DNA of 64,000 nt from Thermodesulfobacteriota bacterium (GTDB taxonomy: Bacteria > Desulfobacterota > Desulfobaccia > Desulfobaccales > 0-14-0-80-60-11): assembly GCA_040757175.1 (NCBI GenBank), contig JBFLXM010000010.1, forward strand, positions 3,390 through 67,389, in the 5' to 3' direction. Within the stretch, counting starts at the first letter, position 1, and each line of letters opens with the position of its first letter. The notes beneath the pieces were generated by a model that saw only the letters and a list, made by a program, of their open reading frames with translations, was not told where the DNA came from and did no database searches. The translations under genes and the position numbers were made by a program. This document shows, one piece after another, positions 29,744 through 39,174 of this stretch.

Positions 29744-31042
29744 TTAAAATATCCAATTCGGGTGCCTTGCCATCAACCCTTCCAGATACTCCCAAATCCA
29801 CCCTCTGATGGCCGGGGCCAGGAAAAACCGGGGCCGGAGCAGGTTATCCCCGGGGGCCAGCAGCCCTTCCGCCAGAGCCAGCCGGTGCAAGGCCAGCCCC
29901 GGGTAGATGCGGAGGCCCACCGTCAGATTGACCATCTGCGGCCGGTACTGGGAAAGCAAGGCCACGCTCTCCTCCACCGTCTCCCGGGTTTCCCCGGGCC
30001 CTCCCAGCAGCAGGAAACAGGAGTAGGCAATCCCTTCTTCTTCCAGCAAGCGGAAGGTAAGTTCCACCTGCCGCCGCCCGTAGCCCTTGCCCAACTTCGT
30101 CAAGACCAATTCCGAGCCGCTTTCGTTGCCCACCTGCATGAAACCGCCGCCAGCCCGGCGCATCAGGCGGAAAAGTTCCCGGTCCGGGGCCCCGGGGTTG
30201 AGGAGCGCGCCCCACTCCAGGGGCAGGTTCAGGTCGATGATGGCCCGGCAGAGACTCTTGGCATAACCTGGCGGGCAGTTGAAGAGGTTATCCACAAAAT
30301 AGAAGCGCGTGATGCCCCATTTTTCATGCCAGGCGGCCAGCCAGGACGCGACTTGGGCGGGTTCCCAGGCCCGGAACCTTCTCCCTTCCAGCAAAGGGGT
30401 GGTGCAATAGATGCACTTCATGGGGCAGCCCCGGCGGGTTTGCACCGGCACCATACCGGGAAGTTTGGCGCTCCCTACGGCCTCCTGGTAAAGTTCCGGG
30501 GTGAAATATTCCAGAGCCGGAGGAGGCAGGTTGTTAAGGCTGGCCACCCTTTGCACCGGATTCAGCCGCCACGCGTCACCTTGCCGCCACACCAGCCCCG
30601 AGACCTTTTCCCAATCTCGAGAGCCCGCAGAGGCTGACAAAAAATCCCGGAAGGCCGCCTCTCCTTCCCCGGCCACGCCGAAGTCGGCCCCCAGGTATTC
30701 CATGAATTCCCGGGGCATGATGCTGAAGCCGGCCCCTCCCACCAGGATGGGCGCGTTGCTGTGTTGCCGGAGCTGTTCCACCAGGTCCTTCACCTCGGAG
30801 ATGAAGGATTCGGGGTGGCGGCAGTCCTGGTTATCGATATTCCTGACGGCTAAGGCGATGATCTCCGGAGAAAACCCGGCCACCACCCGGCGGGTCTCCC
30901 CCAGGGGGTCGGCCGCAAACATGAAATCCAGGACCCGGACTTCATGCCCATCTTGCACCGCGGCCACCACCGCGGCCAGCCCCAGGGGCAGGGGCGGCAC
31001 CACCAGACGCAAGCGGTTGGGGGAGATGAAAAGAATGCGCAT
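29744..31042 (-). CDS. B12-binding domain radical SAM protein
   Basis: PLGL N-terminus, RNIDN, GEGE, TRRGCPMKCIYC, GGPGET. Confidence 0.9.
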   Translation of the reverse strand: MRILFISPNRLRLVVPPLPLGLAAVVAAVQDGHEVRVLDFMFAADPLGETRRVVAGFSPEIIALAVRNIDNQDCRHPESFISEVKDLVEQLRQHSNAPILVGGAGFSIMPREFMEYLGADFGVAGEGEAAFRDFLSASAGSRDWEKVSGLVWRQGDAWRLNPVQRVASLNNLPPPALEYFTPELYQEAVGSAKLPGMVPVQTRRGCPMKCIYCTTPLLEGRRFRAWEPAQVASWLAAWHEKWGITRFYFVDNLFNCPPGYAKSLCRAIIDLNLPLEWGALLNPGAPDRELFRLMRRAGGGFMQVGNESGSELVLTKLGKGYGRRQVELTFRLLEEEGIAYSCFLLLGGPGETRETVEESVALLSQYRPQMVNLTVGLRIYPGLALHRLALAEGLLAPGDNLLRPRFFLAPAIRGWIWEYLEGLMARHPNWIF

Positions 31043-31063
31043 TATTTTATTGCCTGTTTAGAG

Positions 31064-31096
31064 AAGTTCCAAGTTCCAAGTTCAAGGTTCCAAGTT
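31064..31096. repeat. Heptamer tract (AAGTTCC)n upstream of the radical SAM start
   Basis: aagttccaagttccaagttcaaggttccaagtt. Confidence 0.85.
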
Positions 31097-31116
31097 AGGA
31101 GCGCCCATCGGTTAGT

Positions 31117-31146
31117 GTAGGGTGGGCACTGCCCACCAATTCCTTA
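31117..31146. repeat. GTAG-type REP
   Basis: GTAGGGTGGGCACTGCCCACCAATTCCTTA, exact reverse complement of 5871-5900. Confidence 0.85.
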
Positions 31147-31279
31147 GCTGGTAGAGGCCGATTTTTCAGAATTTATGGGTGGGCCAAAGGCTCATGAGCA
31201 ACTGCTTTGAGTTTCGCGCTATGTTCAATAATTCAAATGAGTCCATTTAAGGCAAAAAGCCTGGGAAGGAAGAGGTATT

Positions 31280-31368
31280 TCCCCCCTTTTCTAAAGGGGG
31301 GTCAGGGGGGATTATATAAGCGCTTGATAAGTCCCCTAAATCCCCCTTTAGAAAAGGGGGACTTAAAA
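31280..31368. repeat. CCCCCTTT..AAAGGGGG double-hairpin repeat
   Basis: tcccccctttttctaaaggggggtcagggggg...cccctaaatccccctttagaaaaggggg. Confidence 0.75.
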
Positions 31369-31372
31369 GCCG

Positions 31373-31945
31373 TTATTCGGAAGGAATTCCATGGAATCTA
31401 TTCCGGGCCTCTTGCAACCCCTCCCGGATCAGGCAGTCCACCGCCTGGGCCCCCCGCTCCACCAGCCCGGCCGCGGTCTCCTCCTCCTCCCGGGTGAAGG
31501 GGGAGAGCACAAAATTCTCCCCGGGGATTTGCGGCGGCGGGCGGCCGATGCCCAGCTTCACCCTTAAGAATTCCTCGGTGTCCAGGGCGTTGATAATGGA
31601 AAGCACGCCCCGATGCCCCCCGGGGCCGCCCCGCTCCACGATCTTCAGTCGTCCTAGGGGCACGTCCAGATCGTCGTGGATCACCACCAGGCTGCCGGGA
31701 GTAAGACGGAAATAGGTCAGCAGCCGGGAGACCGCGCGGCCGCTCAGGTTCATGAAAGTGGCGGGCTGGGCCAGGACTGCGGTCTCCCCCCCTACCCTGC
31801 CCTGACCCCAGGTGGCGTCCAGGGTGCTTCGGGTCAAAGGAATCCGCCACTCTTCAGCCAGCGCGGCCACCACCATAAACCCCAGGTTATGCCGGGTCCA
31901 GGCGTACTGCGGGCCCGGATTCCCCAATCCAACAATAAGACGCAT
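31373..31945 (-). CDS. pth: Peptidyl-tRNA hydrolase
   Basis: LIVGLGNPG..Y..TRHNLGF, TFMNLSG, HDDLD, GGHRG. Confidence 0.97.
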   Translation of the reverse strand: MRLIVGLGNPGPQYAWTRHNLGFMVVAALAEEWRIPLTRSTLDATWGQGRVGGETAVLAQPATFMNLSGRAVSRLLTYFRLTPGSLVVIHDDLDVPLGRLKIVERGGPGGHRGVLSIINALDTEEFLRVKLGIGRPPPQIPGENFVLSPFTREEEETAAGLVERGAQAVDCLIREGLQEARNRFHGIPSE

Positions 31946-31948
31946 ATT

Positions 31949-32588
31949 AGCTTTCAGCTTTCAGCTATCAGCGGTCAGCTTTTAACTTTAATTGTTGAAA
32001 TAGCCCTACACGTTCGGTGGGTAGTATGCCTAAGATGGGCAACCGTTTTGGAGTTCTTTTAACTTTATAAAACGGTCTATTTCAATACAATTCCCCTATA
32101 AGGCCCAAGATTGAGCGACACACCTCCGCGTGCATAAGTGAGCCTATTAGTTCCGGCATCTAAGGTGACAACCCGGATTTCAGGGTGTCGGGTGTCGATA
32201 TACGCGTCTGGATGGGAATAAATATCATTCATTATGGATATCGGAATCAAATAGTAGGAATCGGGTCGACCACAAATCCAAATTTCGTAATCAGCACTCA
32301 GGGTGTTTGGATTTATGTTGAATTTATATTTTGATGAACCCCTCAAGTCCGTGTTGCAAAATCTCACATGAACAACTGTATTGCCTATTTGGTACTTGGC
32401 CTTCCCAATATAATTAAAGACCTTATCATTAGCGATATGCTCAATAGTTTTCCTCTTAATAGCTTCACTCATTGGATGTCCTTACTTTTCATAACTAAGG
32501 GAGACTAATAGGCATGAAGCTAAATGAAAAATGAAGACACCGATAGCTATTGATAGCTGAAAGCTGACCGCTGAAAGCTGAAAGCTTT
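31949..32588. repeat. Inverted pair of heptamer tracts (AGCTTTC)n / (GAAAGCT)n flanking a cargo gene
   Basis: 31949-31984 agctttcagctttcagctatcagcggtcagctttt; 32544-32588 tagctattgatagctgaaagctgaccgctgaaagctgaaagcttt. Confidence 0.9.
32077..32472 (-). CDS. Hypothetical protein, AT-rich (probably acquired)
   Basis: 131-aa ORF with AAGGA SD and atypical codon usage. Confidence 0.7.
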   Translation of the reverse strand: MSEAIKRKTIEHIANDKVFNYIGKAKYQIGNTVVHVRFCNTDLRGSSKYKFNINPNTLSADYEIWICGRPDSYYLIPISIMNDIYSHPDAYIDTRHPEIRVVTLDAGTNRLTYARGGVSLNLGPYRGIVLK

Positions 32589-32589
32589 C

Positions 32590-33525
32590 CTAAACGAACA
32601 AAGAGCTCACCGAATCCTGGTTATGAATCCTCTTAATGGCCTCCCCCAGCAGCGGCGCCACTGATAGCACTTGAATCTTTTCCAGGGCCGCGGCCTCCGG
32701 TTCCAGGGGAATACTGTCGGACACCGCCAGGCTCTGGAGCAGGGACCCCTGGAGATTACTCACCGCATTCCGGGCCATCACCGGGTGGGTGATACAGGCA
32801 TGCACCCCCCGGGCCCCGTGGCGGATCAGCAGTTCCGCGGCCATGGTCACTGTGGCCCCGGTATTGATCATGTCGTCCAGGATGATGGCCTCTTTGCCCC
32901 AGACGTTGCCGATGAGGGTCATGGCTTTAATGGCCGGCCCCTCCCGGCGTTTGTCAATGATAGCCAGGGAGGTGTGCAGCCTCTTGGCGAAGGCCCGGGC
33001 CCGCTCCACGCCGCCCGCGTCCGGGGATACCACCACCACGTCGGCGCCGAAGCGCTCCCGGATATAGTCCAGGATCACCGGAGCCGCAAAGAGGTGATCC
33101 ACGGGGATATTAAAAAACCCCTGGATCTGGCCGGCGTGCAGGTCCATGGTGAGCAGCCGGTTGGCCCCCGCGGCGGTGATCAAATCCGCCACCAGCTTGG
33201 CGGAAATGGGCACCCGGGGCGCGGTCTTCCGGTCTTGCCGGGCGTAGGCGTAATAGGGCACCACCGCGGTGATGCAGCCCGCGGAGGCCCTTTTCAGGGC
33301 GTCCACCATCAAGAGGAGTTCCATCAGATGCTCATTGCAGGGCACGGAAAAGGGTTGGACGGCAAAGACATCCTTACCCCGCACGTTCTCCCGGAACTCC
33401 ACCATCAGCTCTCCATCGGAGAATTTTCCTACTACCGCCTCCCCCAGGGGCATTCCCAGGTGCTGGCAGATTTTCTCGGCCAGGGGCCGGTTGGCATTGC
33501 CGCTGAAGATCTTCAAATCATCCAT
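32590..33525 (-). CDS. prs: Ribose-phosphate pyrophosphokinase
   Basis: [34 protein letters not shown]. Confidence 0.97.
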   Translation of the reverse strand: MDDLKIFSGNANRPLAEKICQHLGMPLGEAVVGKFSDGELMVEFRENVRGKDVFAVQPFSVPCNEHLMELLLMVDALKRASAGCITAVVPYYAYARQDRKTAPRVPISAKLVADLITAAGANRLLTMDLHAGQIQGFFNIPVDHLFAAPVILDYIRERFGADVVVVSPDAGGVERARAFAKRLHTSLAIIDKRREGPAIKAMTLIGNVWGKEAIILDDMINTGATVTMAAELLIRHGARGVHACITHPVMARNAVSNLQGSLLQSLAVSDSIPLEPEAAALEKIQVLSVAPLLGEAIKRIHNQDSVSSLFV

Positions 33526-34436
33526 GTCTGATCACCCCAGGCCGTATCCTTCTCCCGGCCGGTAAGGCCCCGGGCCAGGGCCATCCATCCCGGGAAAGCC
33601 CCCCGCAATTCCCGCCCCGCCTGACGGGCTGCCTCCAGGGTGGGGAAGAGTCCGAAGAGAGTGGGGCCGCTGCCGGACATGCCCCGGGCCAGTGCTCCCA
33701 AACGCCCCAAGGTTTCCAGCATCTCCCCCAGTTGGGGATATTTCTTCAAGGTAACGCTCTCCAGATCGTTGTGAATCCAGGCGGCCGGTTGTTCCGGATC
33801 CCAGCCGCCTTCTTCCAGAACTTTATACCTCTTTAACGAGTCCAGGTCCAGACTTTCATAGACCCAACGGGTGGAAACCCGCACCCCTGGATTGATCAGC
33901 AGATACCAGTAAGCCGGCAACTGCACCGGCGAGAGCCGGTCGCCGATACCCCGGGCCACTGCCGGGGAGAGCCCCAGGAAAAAGGGGACGTCCGCGCCCA
34001 AGCCCGCGGCCAGGGTATGCAGGGCCTCGGCCTTTAAAGGCTCACCCGCCAGAGTGTTCAAGGCCAGCAAGGTGGCGGCCGCGTCGCTGCTGCCGCCTCC
34101 CAGGCCCGCGGCCGTGGGAATCCGTTTTTTGAGGGCAAAATGCGCCCCCACCTTGCGGTCCGTAGCTCTCTGGAAGGCCAGGGCCGCCTGCCATACCAGG
34201 TTCCCCGGCCCCAGGGGAATCTCCGGCTGGTCGCAGTCCAGAAAGATGCCGGGGGGAGCAGGGCTGATGAGCAATTCATCAGCCAGACTCAGGGGCTGCA
34301 TAATGGAGAGCAGATCATGGTAACCGTCGGCGCGACGGCCCAAAACCCGCAGATAGAGATTAACTTTGGCGGGACACAGGACTTGCAGTCCAGCGGCACC
34401 GGGGCTGGGATACAGTTTGCGCAGAGGCCGGGGCAT
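33513..34436 (-). CDS. ispE: 4-diphosphocytidyl-2C-methyl-D-erythritol kinase
   Basis: [36 protein letters not shown]. Confidence 0.95.
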   Translation of the reverse strand: MPRPLRKLYPSPGAAGLQVLCPAKVNLYLRVLGRRADGYHDLLSIMQPLSLADELLISPAPPGIFLDCDQPEIPLGPGNLVWQAALAFQRATDRKVGAHFALKKRIPTAAGLGGGSSDAAATLLALNTLAGEPLKAEALHTLAAGLGADVPFFLGLSPAVARGIGDRLSPVQLPAYWYLLINPGVRVSTRWVYESLDLDSLKRYKVLEEGGWDPEQPAAWIHNDLESVTLKKYPQLGEMLETLGRLGALARGMSGSGPTLFGLFPTLEAARQAGRELRGAFPGWMALARGLTGREKDTAWGDQTWMI

Positions 34437-34460
34437 ACTTTGGAAGATCAGAAGTTATCC

Positions 34461-34517
34461 GTAGGCGCGGACCCAGGTGCAGCCCTGGTGAGGGCGCACG
34501 TGCGGGTACGCCCCGAC
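34461..34517. repeat. Degenerate GTAG REP pair
   Basis: gtaggcgcggacccaggtgcagccc...gggcgcacgtgcgggtacgccccgac. Confidence 0.55.
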
Positions 34518-34622
34518 AAGGAATGAGTGCCCCGGATTATTACCGGGGGAGGAATCTGCGGTCATCCTCCCCCGGAAAAATTGGCCGATATCCCTCGCGC
34601 ACCAACACGGCCCCCGGGGTGA

Positions 34623-35042
34623 CTATTGCGCCTCCTTGATGTAGCGCATCCGCAAATCATAAAGGAGGTGGTCGAACAGGTCTTCTTCCTCTTTGGTCAG
34701 GTTGTTCCGGGTCTTCTCCCGCAGCAGCCCCAACAGATCGATGGTCTGTTTGGCCAGAGGCAGATTCCGGTCCACCTCCCCGGTGGCCGGGTCGGCCACT
34801 GCACCCAGGTGCACGAAAGCCGAGGTGCTGAGAGAGAAAAGAAAAGAAGAGAAGGTGATTTCCGGCAACGGGATCTCGGAGCCGGCGCCACCGCGTCCGG
34901 TCTCTTCCCGGGGCGCTTTTTCCTCCGCGCCCGCGGCCTTACGGGCCTCCTCCTCTTTCTGGAGCGCGGCCTTCTCTTCTTCGCTCATCTGGAGGAAACG
35001 CCGATCTTTGACCGTATAGCCCTTGTCTTCTTCTGCGGTCAT
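34623..35042 (-). CDS. DUF1844-type protein
   Basis: F..FLFSL...A..HLG...P, AKQTIDLL.LL.EKT..NL; usual neighbour of ispE. Confidence 0.8.
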   Translation of the reverse strand: MTAEEDKGYTVKDRRFLQMSEEEKAALQKEEEARKAAGAEEKAPREETGRGGAGSEIPLPEITFSSFLFSLSTSAFVHLGAVADPATGEVDRNLPLAKQTIDLLGLLREKTRNNLTKEEEDLFDHLLYDLRMRYIKEAQ

Positions 35043-35096
35043 GTTTGCCCTCTCACCAGGCAGAATCTCTATATTATAGGGAAACGGCCAGAAACC

Positions 35097-35125
35097 GTAG
35101 GGGCGGGTTTAAAACCCGCCCCTAC
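35097..35125. repeat. GTAG REP palindrome, possible terminator of serA
   Basis: GTAGGGGCGGGTTT-A-AAACCCGCCCCTAC perfect hairpin. Confidence 0.8.
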
Positions 35126-35136
35126 CCCCGCAGAAC

Positions 35137-36720
35137 TTACAATTCCAAGGGGATGGCCATGGCCACGTGTTCCAGGGCCCGCACGTCTTTGAGGCATTCC
35201 GGGGTCAGGGGGGTATCCGTGGTGAGCAGGATGATGTTCTGCCCCCGTTCCTTTTCCTGACCCACGGTCATCCGGGCGATATTGATATGGTGCTTGCCGA
35301 TGGTGGTGCCGATGGCCCCGATCACTCCCGGGCGGTCGGTGTTGTAGATGAACAGCATGTGCCCCTCGGGCACCGCCTCCAGGCGGAACTTGTTGATCCG
35401 CACCAGCCGCGGCTCATATTTGCCAAAGATGGTGCCCGCCACGGTGTTCTCTTCGTTGTTGACCCGCACCGTCAGCCGGATCAGGTTGGCGAAATCCTCC
35501 GCGGATTCCACCTTCTCTTCGCTCACGTGGATGCCCCGGGTGGTGGCCATGGATGGCGCATTCACGTAATTCACTTCATCGTGCATCACCGGATAGAGCA
35601 GGCCCTTGAGAATGGAGTGGGTCAGGGGCTTGGTGTCCAGCTTGGAGACTTCGCCGATATAGGCGATGGACACCGCGGAGATGGCCCCTTCGTTCATCTG
35701 CGCCTGGAAGGCCCCCAGGGCCTCGGCCAGGGTGAGGTAGGGCTTCAGCTTGGCCATGGTCTCCTGGCTCACCGAGGGCGCGTTCACCGCGTTCTTGATG
35801 GTGCCGTAGAGCAGCAGTTCCACGATCTGCTCGCACACCGCCACCGCCACGTTGGCCTGGGCCTCTTCCGTGGACGCGCCCAGGTGGGGGGTGCAGATGA
35901 CGTTGGGCATCTCCCGGAGGGGAAAATCCGCGGCCGGCGGCTCCGTCTCATAGACGTCCAATGCCGCGCCCGCCACCTTGCCCTCTTTCAGGGCCTCCAG
36001 CAGGGCCGCTTCATCAATGAGGCCCCCCCGGGCGCAGTTGATGATGCGTACCCCGGGCTTCATCTTTTTGAAGGCCTTTTTGTTCAGGAACTTGGCCGTA
36101 TCCTTGGTCTTGGGGGTGTGCAGGGTAATAAAGTCGGACCGGGCCAGGAGATCATCCAGGGAGACCAGCTCCACTCCCATATTGGCGGCCACTTCCTTGG
36201 TGATGAACGGGTCGTAGCCCAGAACCCGCATCTTCAGGCCCAGGGCCCGTTCGGCCACCACCGTGCCGATGCGCCCCAGGCCGATGATCCCCAGGGTCTT
36301 GTTGAAAAGCTCCGTGCCCTGGAACTTCTTCTTCTCCCACTTGCCTTCCCGCATGGACTGCGCGGCCTGGGGCACGTTCCGGGCCAGGGCCATCATCAGG
36401 GACAGGGCGTGCTCCCCGGTGGTGATGGTGTTGCCTCCGGGGGTGTTCATCACCACGATGCCGGCCTTGCTGGCCGCGGGGATGTCCACGTTGTCCAGGC
36501 CCGTGCCCGCCCGGCCCACCACCTTGAGCCGCGGCGCGGCCGCGATCAGGTCCGGGGTCACCTTGGTGGCGCTGCGGATCACCAGGGCGTCCACATCCTT
36601 GATGACCTCTTTTAACTCCTCCGGTTTCATGCCCGGCTTGTTCACCACTTCGATATTGGGCTGGGACTCCAGGACCGCCACCCCGGCTTCATGCAAATTA
36701 TCGCTGATCAGGACCTTCAT
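35137..36720 (-). CDS. serA: D-3-phosphoglycerate dehydrogenase (with ASB/ACT domains)
   Basis: RSATKV, RAGTGLDNVD, GLGRIG, NCARGG, PHLGAST, DRPGVIG. Confidence 0.96.
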   Translation of the reverse strand: MKVLISDNLHEAGVAVLESQPNIEVVNKPGMKPEELKEVIKDVDALVIRSATKVTPDLIAAAPRLKVVGRAGTGLDNVDIPAASKAGIVVMNTPGGNTITTGEHALSLMMALARNVPQAAQSMREGKWEKKKFQGTELFNKTLGIIGLGRIGTVVAERALGLKMRVLGYDPFITKEVAANMGVELVSLDDLLARSDFITLHTPKTKDTAKFLNKKAFKKMKPGVRIINCARGGLIDEAALLEALKEGKVAGAALDVYETEPPAADFPLREMPNVICTPHLGASTEEAQANVAVAVCEQIVELLLYGTIKNAVNAPSVSQETMAKLKPYLTLAEALGAFQAQMNEGAISAVSIAYIGEVSKLDTKPLTHSILKGLLYPVMHDEVNYVNAPSMATTRGIHVSEEKVESAEDFANLIRLTVRVNNEENTVAGTIFGKYEPRLVRINKFRLEAVPEGHMLFIYNTDRPGVIGAIGTTIGKHHINIARMTVGQEKERGQNIILLTTDTPLTPECLKDVRALEHVAMAIPLEL

Positions 36721-37862
36721 ACCGCCGCCTCCTTGGCCAGTACCTCTTGCGCGGCCTTGAGGCCGACGCCCGGCTGTACCTTGTAACCCAGGGTATTGAG
36801 CACTTCCTCCAGGCCGCCGATGGTGCCCAGGAGGTCCACTGTATCAATAAAGCCCATGTGGGCTATACGAAAAATCTTGCCTTTGGCCTCCGCCTGGCCG
36901 CCCGCGATCCAGATGCCTTTTTTGCGCAGCTCCGCCACCACCTTCTGGCCGTCCACCCCCGGGGGGGCCATGACCGCGGTCAGGACCACCGACGGATTAT
37001 CCTTGGAGTAGAGCTCCAGGCCCATGGCCTTCATGGCCGCCTTGCAGGCCTTGGACAGCCTCTGGTTATGGGCGTATATCTTCTCCAGACCCACTTTCTT
37101 GATCTTCCCCAGCACTTCCCTGAGCCCCAGGATCAGAGACACCGGGGAAGTATAGGGCGTCTGGTTCTTCTCCGCGGACTTCAGGGCCTTGGAGAAATTG
37201 AAGTAATACTTGGGCAGTTTCGATTCCTTCACGAATCCCCAGGCCTTGGGGGAGAGAGCCGCAAAGGCCAGCCCCGGGGGCAGCATCATGGCCTTTTGGG
37301 AACCCGCCACCAGCACGTCGATGCCCCAGGCGTCCATGGGAATGGAATATCCCCCCAGCGCGCTGATGGCGTCCACCACCAGGATGGTGCCGGGCCGTTT
37401 TTTGGTCACTTCCGCCAGTTCCTGCACCGGGTGCTGCACGCCCGTGGAGGTCTCATTGGCCTGGACGAAGACCGCCTTGATGGCCGGGTTGGCGTCCAGC
37501 ATCTTGGCCACGTCCTTGGGGTCCACGGCCTGGCCCCAGGTCACCGCCAGGCGCTCCGCCTTGACCCCGTAGACGTTGCACAGTTCCGTCCAGCGCTCGC
37601 CGAACTTGCCGCCGTCCACCACTAAGGCCGTATCCCCGGCGCTCAGGGTGTTGGCCACCGCCCCTTCCATGGCCCCGGTGCCCGTGGCTGCGAAGATCAG
37701 CACTTCTTGCTGCGTCTCAAAGAGATATTTCAGGTCCGCCCGCACCTCCCCCAGGATCTCCATGAACAGGGGGGAACGGTGGTGAATGATGGGCTGCGCC
37801 ATGGCCAGATTGGTTTCCGGGGCCACCGGCGTGGGACCCGGAGTCATCAGATACATTTTCAT
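36717..37862 (-). CDS. Class V PLP aminotransferase (probable phosphoserine aminotransferase role)
   Basis: TPGPT, NETSTG, DAIS, GSQKA..LPPGL; ATGA-coupled to serA. Confidence 0.88.
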   Translation of the reverse strand: MKMYLMTPGPTPVAPETNLAMAQPIIHHRSPLFMEILGEVRADLKYLFETQQEVLIFAATGTGAMEGAVANTLSAGDTALVVDGGKFGERWTELCNVYGVKAERLAVTWGQAVDPKDVAKMLDANPAIKAVFVQANETSTGVQHPVQELAEVTKKRPGTILVVDAISALGGYSIPMDAWGIDVLVAGSQKAMMLPPGLAFAALSPKAWGFVKESKLPKYYFNFSKALKSAEKNQTPYTSPVSLILGLREVLGKIKKVGLEKIYAHNQRLSKACKAAMKAMGLELYSKDNPSVVLTAVMAPPGVDGQKVVAELRKKGIWIAGGQAEAKGKIFRIAHMGFIDTVDLLGTIGGLEEVLNTLGYKVQPGVGLKAAQEVLAKEAAV

Positions 37863-37930
37863 CGCTTTTCCCTTACCTTCAAACCTCGCGGCCCGCGCGA
37901 GGGGATTTTACAAAACTATAAGAATTAATA

Positions 37931-37959
37931 ATTTTATGCCCATCCCCGCCCCCTGTCAA
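37931..37959 (-). promoter_or_regulatory. Sigma70 promoter of the aminotransferase-serA operon
   Basis: TTGACA-N17-TAAAAT on the minus strand. Confidence 0.7.
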
Positions 37960-38132
37960 GATTTCTGTCTAGGGCTAGTGAAAATTGGCACGAACTATTG
38001 CCCATTTCACCATTTCTTGTAATGCCGAAATAATAGAAGGAGAAAAATTGTGGAAAGAATAAAAAAACAGGACTGTTATGACCTATGGGGAAAATGGGGC
38101 GAATGCTGCCAAACTGGGCAGAGGCCCTCGCC

Positions 38133-38784
38133 CTCGTTCCCAAGCTCTGCTTGGGAACGCAATTGCCGCAAAGCTCCTGCTTTGCCTTACACCTCCAGCA
38201 CATCAATCTCCAACATCCCCGCCTGACCCAAATAATTCTTTGCACTGGAATACAGCCAATCCTCCGCCCTCTCCACCAACCCCGCCTTCACCGGGTTGTC
38301 ATGAATATACTCCACCTTCTGGCTCAACATCTCCTCCGAAATCACCAACTGCGGATGAAACCCCTCCTGCCAGACCTGGTGACGGCTCTCCTGCTTATGC
38401 CTGGCCTTGAAAAACTTGAACTGATTTAGCAGCCAGTCTTTCCCCTCCTCGGTAGCCAACTTAATTATCCCCTGGGCGGTAAAGCTCTTGAACTCCTTGA
38501 TCGTTTCTGGCAACCGCTCCCCATGGGCCACCAAATGCAGATGGTTGTCCAGTACCACATAAGCAAAAATCTTTAACCCCTTCCGTTCCCGGCAATATTT
38601 CAAGGAATCGATGATTATCTCGAAGTAAGGCTTCCGGGTAAAAACCGGCAGCCATTCAATAATGGTGCAGGTCAGGAAATAAGGATGGGAATCTTCAATT
38701 ATCCGGTAGCGCGTTCTCATGGCCGGCTAAGGCAAAGCAGAGCTTTGCCCCCAAGTGCGTTCCCAAGCAGAGCTTGGGAACGAG
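38133..38784. mobile_element. RAYT element: transposase flanked by ~57-bp inverted double-hairpin arms
   Basis: 38133-38189 and 38728-38784 are near-identical inverted repeats beginning CTCGTTCCCAAGCTCTGCTTGGGAACGCA. Confidence 0.85.
38187..38720 (-). CDS. REP-associated tyrosine transposase (RAYT, Y1 HUH)
   Basis: YFLT, AYVVLDNHLHL (HUH), WQEGFH, YIHDNPVKAGLV...W.YSSA. Confidence 0.92.
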   Translation of the reverse strand: MRTRYRIIEDSHPYFLTCTIIEWLPVFTRKPYFEIIIDSLKYCRERKGLKIFAYVVLDNHLHLVAHGERLPETIKEFKSFTAQGIIKLATEEGKDWLLNQFKFFKARHKQESRHQVWQEGFHPQLVISEEMLSQKVEYIHDNPVKAGLVERAEDWLYSSAKNYLGQAGMLEIDVLEV

Positions 38785-39174
38785 AGGAGAACTCTTATGA
38801 TTTGCTCTGCGCCCCTTCGTTTTGAAATGTCCAATGCGTTTATTGAACTCCTAAATTCTAATATTAGCGTCAACTTGTCTACCAAAGAGTGAACTGCCCC
38901 TCATTAAGTGGGAGGGCCCCACGGATTTTCCTTCTCCTATCTCCTTTTATTTTTGACATTTATAGTTTATAGAGATAATCTATTTGGAATTTTTAATGTG
39001 CATGATGACAAAGACTATTTCGATGTTTAATTTAAACCCATATCAGAGGGTTAAAACCATCGAGTATGGCGACTGCGCGTAGTCTTTTAGGGAAGGGGGA
39101 TAATTATTGTCAATCATCCCTAAAGGCGAACCCTAAGCAGTCCAGGCAAATAAAAAAAAAGTATTCCCCCAAAT

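Noticed and set aside
33513-33525. tRNA-Gln often found between ispE and prs
   Set aside because: The genes overlap directly and no cloverleaf is present.
37985-38001. Sigma54 promoter TTGGCACGAACTATTGC
   Set aside because: GG-to-GC spacing is 11 nt rather than the required 10, and no suitably oriented gene follows.
38889-38920. IS200/IS605-like terminal hairpin GTGAACTGCCCCTCATTAAGTGGGAGGGC
   Set aside because: A single imperfect hairpin with no tnpA/tnpB or partner end; too weak to call.
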